Below are positions 38,937-51,198 of a stretch of 64,000 nucleotides of DNA, one piece after another. The notes beneath the pieces were generated by a model. That model saw only the letters and a list, made by a program, of their open reading frames with translations, made no database searches and was not told the origin of the DNA. Within the stretch, counting starts at the first letter, position 1. Each line of letters begins with the position of its first letter. Source of the DNA: Saccostrea cucullata (taxonomy: Eukaryota); assembly GCF_032062105.1 (NCBI RefSeq), contig NW_026927343.1, positions 186,001 to 250,000 on the forward strand, written 5' to 3'. The position numbers and the translations under genes were made by a program.

Positions 38937-39432
38937 TATTCATTTCCTGTCCAAAACACCTGATTCCCATTGAAGAACATTACACCAAAATTTTGTCAGA
39001 TGATATTGTAGTAAGTGAATATCTGTGCAGTCTTGAATTCAATACATTTTTATCTGGACACAAAGGAACTGATATAACTCCTTATATTCAGGTAAATCAC
39101 CCACTAATCGGGGTTTCTGTATCAGAGGAGTTTGTGAAGCAAAAGTAATGACTCTGTTTTCCTTTTGGTGTAAATATAAATAACAACCAACCAACATGGA
39201 AAATGATGACAAAGGAAATAAAAATATAGATTTCATGGTACAAAACACTGAAGTATGATGTCAAAAAAACCAGCATCTTGTAGCGTAAAGATAAGAATTG
39301 TTTTTTAAACCTTGGTTTGATTTTGTTAAATGATTTTTATAAAATTCAATTGATGTACAATGTAGGAAGTTTCTAATTGTTGCAATTAAGGTTTAGAAAG
39401 TTATAATCTTTGTGAGGTATAGGTATTTTAAC

Positions 39433-40320
39433 TTTTTATGCCGACGTACACGACTTTTCGGGGGTATATAGTTTTTGCCGCGTCCGTCCGTCTGTCTAGC
39501 TCTCTACATCTGTTTTTCCGCAAAAACTTTAACGTTGCCCATAACATTTGATGTAGTGGAGCTATGACGTTCATATTTTACATGTTTATTCCTTGCGACA
39601 ATACCTTTCTTTGGGTACCACCAAATTTGTTTTGACCTTGGTGTTAGACCCACTTAACATAAAAATTCCAAAGAAATTTACTTTGGCTATATCTTTTGAA
39701 CAGTAGATACCAGGACTTTTATACTTATTGTATATATTCTTTGTGCTAAGACCTTTCTTTGGATACCAATTACTTTGACCTTTTGACCCTGATCTTTTAG
39801 ATGTCCGTACTAATGAAAGTTATTTAACCTTTGCCATAACTTTTGAACAGTAAGGGCTGGTGCTTTTATACTTCACATATGAAATCCTTGTTAAAAATCC
39901 CTTTATTGGATACCATAAACTTTGACCTTTTGGCCTTGGAGTATGACCTTGAAAATAACTTTTAAAGAGTTAGGACTACCGCTTCCATGCTTTACATATT
40001 TAATCCTTGTAACAAAACCTTTCATTTGATATCAAGAATTCTTTGACCTTGGAGTTAAACCAACCTTTTAAAATGTTTAACCTTGACCATAACTTTTAGA
40101 GGGTTAGTGCTAAGGCTACCATACTCCACAAAAGTAATGCTTGTGGTAAAAGCTTCATTGGATATCAAGTACCTTGACCTTGAAAATTTTCGTACTTTAA
40201 CCTTGGCCTATTTCATGTTTCACAATTGTATTTAGGTATACCAATATATTGAATTTGCATTAAGAAAAGTTTGATCTTCGCTATGTTGCCATACGGGACA
40301 TCAGTGTTTCACAAACAAAT
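39433..40320 (-). mobile_element. Old pearl/HINE-like element
   Basis: Decayed hairpin, GTCC microsatellite, degenerate tgaccttg-containing monomers, and the end gtgtttcacaaacaaattatt. Confidence 0.75.
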
Positions 40321-40769
40321 TATTCAACTTTCGTCAAAATTAAAACATAAAAAAATAAATAAAAATTGAAATAAAAATCACAAGTAAAAGAGAAATGTAA
40401 GAAAAGTCTCGTAATTGATTGAATATTTATGATTCACCATTTACATGGCTACTTTAATCATAACTGTTGCATCGAGAAGAGAGAGAGCAATAAATTTTAT
40501 CCACTATTTGATTAATTCTTCGATGATTCTAAATAAACAGATATGGACTGATTGGGACACAGCAAAAATTCGAATTATGATTTTTTTAAAGAGGTTCCAA
40601 TACGCAGGAATAGTCCTATAAAGTTCAAGTAGTGCACATATGTGTCCGTCAGTCTGTTTTTCAAAAAAACTTTAATCATGTCCATAAAACTTTTGATTGG
40701 TTGGAGCTATGGCATTCATACTTCACATATATATTTGTGTCGAGAGCTTTCTTTTGTACCAAAATATTT

Positions 40770-40801
40770 GATTGATTGATTGTTTATTGTTTATCGTCCC
40801 T

Positions 40802-40835
<34 letters not shown>

Positions 40836-40921
40836 GTATGCCGTTGAAAGGCTTCAAATTTTGATCTTTACTCGGCACTCAAGGCCATTGAGAAGTGAGG
40901 GATCTTTATCGTGCCAACACC
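40770..40921 (-). mobile_element. SINE 3' half (split by the Gypsy insertion)
   Basis: (ATTG)n tail and the reverse complement of the 20370-20520 SINE body, up to gtgccaacacc. Confidence 0.88.
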
Positions 40922-43900
40922 TGTTATGTTTTCTGAATGCAAAGATCCAGTGAAATGACGACAAGACAACGAGCACGCTTTTTGACTCTCTATTCTGTAG
41001 AACGGAAATCACAAAAGTGGCGCCTTGCGCATACTCAAACATAGTGTATGTAAAATCAAACAATCAAAGGGAAATAACTCTTATCACACAATTAGCAAGA
41101 TAATTTAACATTTCCCGTTTTAACAAAAAAATCAAAGTCACTTGATTCATGTACAATCATCATACTACATTTAACACTGTCAAATTGAAAATCATAAGTG
41201 TCCATATCTGTATATAAATTCTGATTCACAATGAACATATAAACCATGTTTAATGGACATACATATGCAAATAATGTAGACTGATATGATGATTTAAGTA
41301 ACAATTGATTGACAATTTGATTACATAGAAGGAATGATTTTTTGTTTTACAACTCTTCCAGACCTAGTTACATATGGCTTTGATTGCTCTGGGGGCTTAG
41401 GTGAGTTACCTTTGTCAGGATTTTCTCCATGTTGCACATCATTACCAGAATTCATATTAGGGGTATCATCTGGCAAAGGCTCATGTTTGAAAACATCATA
41501 CTGGGGAAGAGCAAGCTCTTCTGGCTGGGGAGCATCATTTGTTTTATGGAGAAATCTCATGTTGCGCCTATACAAAGAACCAGCAGGTGTCTTGACCAAA
41601 TATGACCTATTCCCATGTGGTTGCATTATAATGGCTGGGGTCCATTTTTTATCATTCAGCTGAACCCTTACTGAATCACCCGAGTTGAGAGGCTTCAGAG
41701 GTCGAGCTGATCTATCATAGTAGACCTTTGACTTGTCATGAATGACTTGTAACTTTACCCTTATCTTGTCTGTGTCATGATGAAAGGGCTAAAGGCTTTC
41801 CTGAACAGTAGGGATGTTTGACACCTAAGTCTTCTGGACATCAACAGTTGTGATGGGGAAAGTCCCATGTCCAAGGGAGTAGTCCTATATGTCAGAAGGG
41901 CCAAATTAATGTCTTGTCGGTCAGCCTTACACTTAGTAAGAATGTCCTTTATGGTTTGTACTGTCCTTTCAGCAAGACCATTAGATCTAGGGTATCTTGG
42001 GCTTGAAGTGACATGCTGAAAATTCCACTCTTTGGAAAAATCAGCAAATTCATAACTTGAATATTGTGGACCATTGTCCGAGACAAACTTTTCAGGTATA
42101 CCATACCTTGCAAAGACTTCTTTGCATTTTGAGATCTGAAGACTTCAAAATACCTACTATAGTAGTCAACAAACAGAACATAGTCCTTGTCATCCCATAG
42201 GGAGAGATCTGAGGCAATTGTCTGCCATGGGTATGAAGGAATTTCATGAGATTGCAAAGGTTCCTTAGAGTTGGAATTCCTAAATTCTAAACAAACATTA
42301 CAGTTCAGTATTAGGTCTGTAATGTCCTTCGTAAGTCCTGGCCAGAAAACTATGTCACGCGCTCGTCTCAGGAAGTTTTTCAACACCAATGTGACCCACA
42401 TGTAAAATTTTCAAGAGCTCTGTCCTGAGGTCATGGGGAATAACTATTCTAAGACCCTTCATAATGATCACATTCTCTACTGACAATTCATCTCGGAAGT
42501 TCCAGTATTCCTTAATGGGGTCTGGGCAATCTCTGCGCAAGTCTGGACAACCTTGCAAAATAAATTTGGTTAAGGTTTGAAACTTAGGGTCTGATTCTGT
42601 AGACAACCTAATCTGTTCTAGATGACGGTCACTGACCTGTATGTTTTTATGAACCAAATGTACCTGGGCCTCAGTGAATGCCCTTGGAGAGCTCTGGCAT
42701 TGTGTGAGGTAAGTACTACCTAGAAAGTGTATCTGCTACAGGAATCTGTTTTCCTGGAACATGAACAAGCTTAAGGTTGTATCTCTGCAGTTGCAGAATC
42801 ATGCGCTGTAAGCGGGCAGGGACAGTAAGTATAGACTTCTGCATAATAGACACTAATGGCTTGTGGTCTGTTTGGACGCACACCTCACGCCCATAAACAT
42901 AATGATGAAAATGCTTACACCCAAACAGAATAGCTAGCATTTCCTTTTCAATTTGTGCGTAGTTAATTTCTGATGGGGTAAGAAATTTAGAGGCATAAGA
43001 CACAGGCTTGCCTTCTTGTAAGAGAGTAGCCAAATTTGGAGGCATCAACTTGCAATACAGTATCTTTGCAAGGATCAAAATAGGCCAATACTGGGCCTGG
43101 TGACCTTGTGATTATGTCCTTGACCTTAGCAAAAGACTCTTCTTGGGCTGGGCCCGAAACAAATTCAGACCTTTTTGACAACAATTGTCGCATGGGGCTA
43201 GTAGTATCAGCCAGCCAAGTTTGGTGCAAATTTGGATAGGTAGTTTACCATACCCAGTACCGTCTCGAGTTCGTTACGATTTTCCGATGGTTTCATGTCT
43301 TTGACAGCTGAGACCTTGTTAGGGTCTGGCTTGACGCCATCTGCAGAAAGTAAGTGACCAAAGTACTCGACTTGTGTCTGACCTACTTCAAGCTTCTCAT
43401 CATTGAGCTTAATGCCCATTTCTCTTGTGCGCTGAAGAGCGGCTTTAAAATTGCTATCGTTCTCAGCACGGGTCTTCCCATACACAAGAATGTCGTCGAA
43501 TATAGCAACAACACCTTTGAGACCTGCATAACAGTAGTCAATCTTGCGCTGAAATTCATCCTGTGCAGATTTCAGGCCAAAGGGCAATCTGAGGAAACGA
43601 TACCCACCATAGGGGGTATTGAAAGTGGTAAGATAGCTCGAATCGTCGTCAAGCTTAATAGTCCAATAACCTGAGCGCGCATCAAGCTTGGTGAAATAAC
43701 GTGCACCGGATAACTCAGGTAAAATGTCATTGAGAGTTTTCAAGGGGTAATGGGGTCGATGAATGACCTTGTTTAGATCCCAGGGGTCAAAGCAGATTCG
43801 TAAAGCTCCAGACGGCTTCTCGACAACAACCATGGAGTTTACCCAACGTGTGGGGGTGTCGACCTTAGCAATGACCTGTAACTTCTCCATCCGGTCTAAC

Positions 43901-45631
43901 TAAGTTTTTACTCTGTCACCCAAAGCCTGTGGTATTCTACGAGTGGGGTGGACAGCAGGTATAGCATCGGGATCTATATGGATAGTACATTCCCCTGGGA
44001 ATAATCTAATCCTTCAAAGATATCCTTAAACTGTGTCAAGAAGGATATGGAGATAACGAACAGTATTCAATCTCAACTGTGCATGTGTCAAGACAGTCTC
44101 TCTGTCGAGTACACTGGCTGCAATTGGGTCTGTTAAAGTCGACTTAACTGTCAAGGAATTAACAAACCTAACCAGTCCCATATTCATACATGATGCGAGT
44201 CCGAGGATAGGTGGGGCATGTCTACTGTCAGGGTCAACAACATGAAACTGTGTGTGAAATATCTTGTCCCCAACCTTAACAGCTACTTTGTCTTAACTAG
44301 TGACCCAGCATAACCAGACAAATCAGACGACGGACTCAACTGATCAGCAACACCTAGTTGTTTATAAGTAGATATTGGTATAAAGTTAACGTGTGAGCCA
44401 GTGTCAAGCTTACATTTGACTGGTACATTATTTGGACCTATTGTAACATGTGTAAATGCTTGATTTTGTTCATATCGCGCATCAGATTTGTTAAGAGCAT
44501 GAACTACACTGATAAAATCAACAAACAAATCAGTAAAATTGTCATTAGAACTGTGACTGTATAAAGGATATTCTGCTCCAGCTGTATGCGGCTCGCGAAC
44601 TTCATGAACTTTCTTGCTACAGCAAACTTTGGCGAAATGGTTCCGTTTATTGCAAAGCTTGTAGGTTTTTCCGTACGCAGGGTACTTTTCCTTTTTAGTA
44701 TGTTTGTATCCACAGTTCGGACATACAGGTTTACTGGATGCATGGCTTGCGGCTGCGTCATTATACCGTTTCGGTTCAGTTTGACTGGTGCTATTTCCGG
44801 TCTTGAAAGTCTTGTGGGAATCACGATTTCCAGGCGGTAGGCTAGATGTAACCGCGTGAACTTCCTGTGACGTGGTACCCATCGACTTAAGCTGCTCCTG
44901 TGAGTATTCGTGGTTCTGGGCGATTTGGATGGCTTTATCCAGAGTAAGCTTGTCACCTTCATTGATAAGCTTTTCGCGAATCTTGGCAGAATTTTTCCCA
45001 AACACAATTCTATCACGGATCATCTCATCTGCATCGTGATACTGACAGTCTTTAGCTAACAAACGGATTCTGGTGACAAACTTTCAATCCACTGTTGACC
45101 TTGAACCTCGTTATTGAACTTGAATCTGCTAAACACAGGGTTGAGCTTAGGTTGCACGTACGCCTTGAAACGCTTGTAGTAAGTGTCGAGCTTTTTCTTG
45201 TCGTTCGTCAGAGTCCACGTAAATTATACACATCACGACCTTTGTCGCCTACCCAAATAAGTAAATAACTTATCTGAACAGTCTCATCTTTCTCTTTCAA
45301 GGGGCCATCAAATATCAGTTGCACGTGCTGCTGGAATTTTTTCCAGCTATCGACCAAATTTGTCGATGTCCAATCCATAGATGGCGTAGGTATGCCTGTA
45401 AGATCCATTTTTACGAGACTTCTGTAAATTCTGACACCATGTTATGTTTTCTGAATGCAAAGATCCAGTGAAATGACGAGAAGACAATGAGCACGTTTTT
45501 CACTCTCTATTCTGTAGATCGGAAATCACAAAAATGGCGCCTTGCGCATACTCAAACAAAGTGTATGTAAAATCAATCAATCAAATAAACGGCAATAACT
45601 CTTATAACAAAATTAGCAAAATAATGTAACA
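40922..45631 (-). mobile_element. Full-length decayed Ty3/Gypsy LTR retrotransposon (Mag-like)
   Basis: TG...CA LTRs at 40922-41110 and 45440-45631, roughly 90% identical by eye. PBS tggtgtcagaa at 45429-45439 and a PPT-like tract next to 41110. Gag (ATG 45408), Zn-knuckle remnants, protease LDTGS, RT (LPFGL, IFDDILVYG), RNase H (YAQIEKE, TDHKPL) and integrase follow in Gypsy order, with multiple frameshifts. Confidence 0.95.
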
Positions 45632-45832
45632 ACACGGGGCTTCGGTTTTTAAGGTTTCATCCGAAGGACCCGCAACTTTCACTTCAAAGTGCCGAGCACA
45701 TGGCGAAGGAACAGTTGCTATCCATTTTCATACATTTATATCGACTTAGGTCAGTCGCGGCAGAGATACGAACTCACGACCTCCCGATCACGGATCCCGG
45801 AGCGAGCGCTCTACCGACTGAGCTACCGTGAA
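45632..45832 (-). mobile_element. SINE 5' half with tRNA-derived head
   Basis: The reverse complement has ggtagctcagtcggtagagc (A box), gagttcgtatc (B box) and the core ggtccttcggatgaaacc. Confidence 0.88.
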
Positions 45833-45871
45833 CAGTTCAAAATGTTTGACCTCTTGGCCTTGATCTTGGAA

Positions 45872-46268
45872 TGAACAATTTCTAAAAAGAGGTAAATTAT
45901 TGACAAACAGGTTGATGAAACAAGAATATCAACAGTCTCGTTTAGAGTCATTATTTCGTAAGTTCTATGGTCGATACAATGACCTTGTCAGCAAATACAA
46001 TTTATCATTGAGTCAAATGCTGACTGGCGCCTTTCATACCAATTGTTAGTCCATTATTTATACACTGAATTGATAACGGATTTTTTCCGTTATTTCCTGA
46101 TCATGACAAGGAGCACACGGCTGGTGTGACCGGTCGACAGGGGATGCTCACTCCTCCATGGCACGTGATCCCACCTCTGATGTTTCGGAGGTCTTTGTTT
46201 GCTATGTTCTTATTTTGTATTGTTTTATGGACTTTGAGATTGAACACTGTTCGTTATATTCATATCCT
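45872..46268 (+). mobile_element. Penelope-like retroelement 3' fragment
   Basis: Encodes LTNRLMKQEYQQSRLESLFRKFYGRYNDLVSKY (RT thumb-like), followed by a tail that also occurs at ~34945, ~35655, ~44045, ~47025, ~49590, ~50755 and ~57063. Confidence 0.7.
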
Positions 46269-46642
46269 TCTTCTACCCAGTTTCTCGAGAAAGTATTAAA
46301 CTTTAACTTTGGCTAGAACAGTTGATGCTAGATTTCTCTGTCGGATTTAAGGGAAGAGCTAGGCCACCCACGCTTCCCTAAAACTTTTATAAGTTAGTAT
46401 GACATGACTAATATTAATGTAAATAAAATGGTAATTCTCGCATACGAAATTATTCAAACATACATAACTAACCAATTGATACAAATATATTTGTGCATTG
46501 TTTTAATTTACTCTAAAAAAAATACACAAAAAAACAGATCTCGAGCCTCCGGCGGCTTTGGCCCCTGGACCCAATGGGGGTCTTAAGGCGGCCCCCAGAC
46601 CCCTTGCCTAATAAAAGTTATCCACGCCCCTCTCCAATCACT

Positions 46643-46905
46643 TATACCCCCGCCTCAAAAGCGGGAAGGTATAAAGTAATAGGGATGTCCGTTCGTCCGT
46701 CTGTTACGCTTTGGGGTTCCCATCTCTTATCAGCAAGTTCTCTTATACCACAGAATGAAATTTGATGAAACTTTCAGAGAATCTTGATCACATAATGTCA
46801 TTTGACAGCTCCTATTTTATTAATATTTCCTTACTCTACTATATACGTTTGTGTGCATATGTAAAAACTTTCTAAAGTGTGTGGGGGGGGGGGGGGTATA
46901 TAACC
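46643..46905 (-). mobile_element. Short HINE-like element
   Basis: Hairpin tatacccccgcctcaaaagcgggaaggtata, a GTCC microsatellite, and subTIR gggggtata at the far end. Confidence 0.65.
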
Positions 46906-49644
46906 ATAACCATTACTCCATTAGGTCCATGGGTTTATACCACCTTCTTACAGCGAATAATCACCGGTACAGATTATAATATTCCTCCTACCACCACAAT
47001 GAATATAACATCATGGTAATGAAACATATGAAGATTTAAAACAGTATTCAAGATCAAAAGTCCATAAACAATACAAAATACGTAATCATACGTGCAATTT
47101 CAACAACATGTGACGATGTTATTTAGTCTTTCAAAAAACTTGTCATAACATGTTTTCAATCTTTATTCATGAATTTCTAAAAGTTCTATAAAACTCTACT
47201 GTAATACTAAACTATCACACACTTCCTACATTTCTAAAGATGAAGACTGAAAGGGTATTGATTTAAGCAGAATTCTCAAGACAGGAAAATGTTCAACCTT
47301 TTATCTCTACGCTGAATGTAAAACTCACAATTCGTCATTGATACTGTGGGACAGGAGGTTGAAAGATGTCAAAATTGATAAATATAACACAGATGCTGGC
47401 ACATCAAAGTAAAAGTAAAATACACCAATTGACTATCTGACAAATGTCAACACTCATCCACTTGTTATATTTTCTGCATCAACTTATATGTCAATAGCGT
47501 GCACACATACTAGCATACTTAAAGGTAGGAAAGGCTCTTACATATCAAATCAACATTCGACATCAGCACAATATACAGGTTATTAGATGCATTTCCACAT
47601 AAATCATTTGACAACGGAAACTAATAAATTACAATTTGCTTTAAGTTTAGTTGTTAGTTTGCAATTTACGTCTTCAACGTGTCTTTAAAAACTTCCCCAT
47701 ATAAATCAAATAAATCAGCGCCTCTTGAGATTCCTCTACTTTAGTGAAAATGAAGGTTTTTATTTCAATTTATGTAACGACTTTTTTTATGTAGAAGTTT
47801 TAAATAAATTCTGCTTCATAAGAGTACCCAAAAACTTAATAATTATCTTTATTTCATTGCAATGACACTGATGGTTTTTTTCTGCCATATTAGAGATAAC
47901 ATAAAATTTGAAGTAAAAGATTTAAAAGACTTATCGAAACGTTGTTCCTACTGCCTAAAATTGGTGCTTAAACTCTGGTCAAAATTGTCTTCAAATATCA
48001 ATTGCATGTAAGCACCTCGCTGAGTTTTTTGGTTGGTATGTTGTAAATGGATCTTTTATAAATCCTTAACAAGATAAACATGTCCGAAATTGATTTTAGT
48101 TAATGCATGTATGATACTATTTGATCCGTTATCTAAGAAGTACAACATGTATTTGAGTGATTAAATCGTATCGTTACCTTAAACATGTTGAACACATGGG
48201 CATTGATGACATAATCAACAGTCTGTAAACTGTGCATTTTTGTATATTTGGATCACCTTGATTCTACACACAAGTAATATCGGACTGATAACTAAAAGAA
48301 TTTGGATTTTTTTTCATTGACAATATCTTTCTTGTATTTGGATTACAGGGTCTTCTAATAAACAGTTGAATTTTCAATAGGCCTTAATTTTGCTCTTTGA
48401 TCATCAGACATGTTTTAATATTCCTTTTATCGGTACTTTTTTTCAAATACCTTATACTTTAAGAAAATATAAAACAGTGGCCTTCACATTAAGATTTTGA
48501 TAATGGACGACGTTTTATCAATTAACAGTTGATGGATACATTACTTTTAGTGTCGACTCAAACAGGCCTCTAAATGACCTCTAGAAAATAGGCGAAAGAT
48601 GCCACCTTATTAAAAAATGTAGACGGCGATGCTTAGTCAACAGGCAGTTTTTAGTAAGGTGCCAACTTTAAAGTTTGATGGTGATTTTAAAGAACTGCAA
48701 AGAACGGGTTGTCATTTTTTTGGAGATATAATATTGATAAATAATACTTGATTGTGAATCTTTATTTTTCATTGTAATTTTATTGATTATCATGTTCATG
48801 TATTATTACCTACTATTCTATCTTGACCATTTATACAAGGAGAAGGTGTACATAGGCATTGCTTGTTGCCCAATCCTGATTGAATTTCTCAATAAAATAT
48901 GTTTAAACTATAAAGAACTGTATTCGGTAATAACCGATATTTGCCCCCCAAACCAAACTTTGAAGGAGAAATATTTAATTATGGGGCACAGTTGGTCACA
49001 ATTAAGATAAAAAATACATGTATGCACAAGTTTGAAATTTTTTTTTTCTAAATGTGGACGTATACATGTAGCAGAAATAAAAAAAATATCTGCATCATAC
49101 AAATATTGTAATAATCAAGAAGCTGTCTCTCAAGATAATGATATTTGAGTCCCCCGTATAGGTCTGGAATGGAGACCCCACGGTAGAGCCAAGATGTCAT
49201 ACACGGTACATTTAATTTTTACATATGATTGTGTCTTGTAAAATTCTTTCTATTTCTTGAAATATTGCAAACGCATGGTGGCATCAAAATATTTGCCCTT
49301 TAATAACCTAATTAAAATATTAACCTCATTGAAATATGTGTCCCCAGAACAGAGCTAGTAAAACGAGCTTAATTTTAATTGTACAGAACTTCCAACAAAC
49401 CCGTAATGTTTACTTTCCGTTTGAAACAGAAAGTCTTTATCGGGAGGATATATTGATGAATTATTTCGCTTTGAATATTTCTTAATTGCTTGAAATTTCT
49501 AAGACATAGGACATGCACTTACTGTCAAGCTAAAGGATATCAATGATGTAGTCATGCATTTATCAGTACTGTACGTACTAATCACATGGCACCTGATCAC
49601 ACCTCTGATGTTTTGGAGGTCTTTGTTACTCTGCTCCTTTTTGT

Positions 49645-50124
49645 TATACAATTATAGCCTTTTGATGAGGTCAATCCCTCGATATATAGACCTTAGAGAA
49701 GCATATCGACCGAGCACGAAGTGCGAGGTCGATATGCTTTCTCTAAGGTCTATATATCTAGGGATTGTACCGAATCAAAAGGCTACAATTGTTTTATTAT
49801 TTTTTATCAGTTAATAGGAAATGTCTTAAAATCCTTCTTTATAATACTCAGTACCTTCTCATACAAGGCATTGTTATGTCATTGCATTATGACGTCACAG
49901 TAATGAAAACCATCTGCAGTATCTGTTTTTAGAAACATCCAGTCTATAAAGACTATTGTGACGTCAGCACTATTGTGGCTTCACAGAGAACGTTTCTAAT
50001 TTTAGAAACAGCAAGTCTATAAATTTTTAAAATAGAAACATCCAGTCTGTAACACTTTTTATACTGGATCATGTGATCCAGTTTGAGCCAATCTGATAAT
50101 TGGAACAATAAAGAAAAATAATAA
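49645..50124. mobile_element. Copy-2-specific insertion beginning with a ~145-bp hairpin (possibly Crypton-like; superfamily uncertain)
   Basis: acaattatagccttttgat...gcatatcgacc[gagcacgaagtgcga]ggtcgatatgc...atcaaaaggctacaattgt, with two TGACGTCA motifs in the body. Absent at the paralogous site ~35003. Confidence 0.8.
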
Positions 50125-51198
50125 TTTGTATTATTGACTTTGATCTGGAATACTGTTGGTTATCTCCATATATGTTTCATGCATCGAAATCCCACAATAT
50201 CTTTACTGCGGGCTATGATCAGATAAATTTGTATGTAGAGTGTTTAGTAGATTTGCATGGAAGTGCAGATATATATTTAAGTTTACTTTTAATATGTAAT
50301 ACAATTACAGTATAAGGATGGTACTGTGCACAGTATTCTTTATCAGTAGATTGTTTAATTTTGTTGTCGATAACATTAAGTGTTAGCTTTTTGATTCAAA
50401 TACGTGTTTATTATTCACTCAATGACATGTTATCGTAGGATAGGGACCTTGATAAGATATAATAAAACTGTATTTGTTTGCACTCGCACTTTCTGTTTAC
50501 ATAATAATAACATAAGTTCAAACATTAGATGTCTCGTTTTTACGATATAGACGATACTGCGTGTATTCATTTGACACTAGAGCATCTCATATGAACATAT
50601 ATAGTTATGCTGTGTGCATTTTGGAATGAATTCATAAAATCATCCTCTTTGATTTTTTTTCGGTAGTGTTTGGTAATCTAAATAGTACTGCTTTTATTTG
50701 CTTGTCCCTCCCCTTGTGTACATTCTAACCCTTTTTGCATACTATATTAAATGAAACATATGGAGATAACGAACTGTATTCAAGATCAAAAGTCCATAAA
50801 ACAATACAATATAGGAGCAGAACAAACACGGACCTCCAAAACATCAAAAATGGGATTAGATGCCGTAAAGGAGTACGCATCCCTTTTTTGCACAAATTCT
50901 GCTTCATATGAATACAAAAATATGTCCACTAATAACGGAGCGCAATTCGTATCCATGGGAATTCCAATAGATTGTTGGAAGACCTGGCCTCATAACAATT
51001 GATTCAGCAGTTTTCTTTTCTTGTTTTACAAACAGTTTTTATGAAAACACAACTTTAGGGGGGGGGGATGAAATAATAAATTTATTTGCAAAAATTGCAC
51101 GCTGTCTAGAGTAGCTTAAAAATACATGTCGAACATACAAAATTATATATTATGCAATTTTAATAACATGTACATTTGTCGCTAAAGTTTCACGAAGT

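Larger units (their letters stand above)
32930..39390. repeat. Segmental duplication copy 1 (~6.5 kb; paralogous to 47460-54045)
   Basis: Collinear similarity from tatattttctg.atcaacttatatgtcaatagc to gatgtacaatgtagga..tttctaattgttg, spanning the whole fucosyltransferase gene. Confidence 0.93.
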
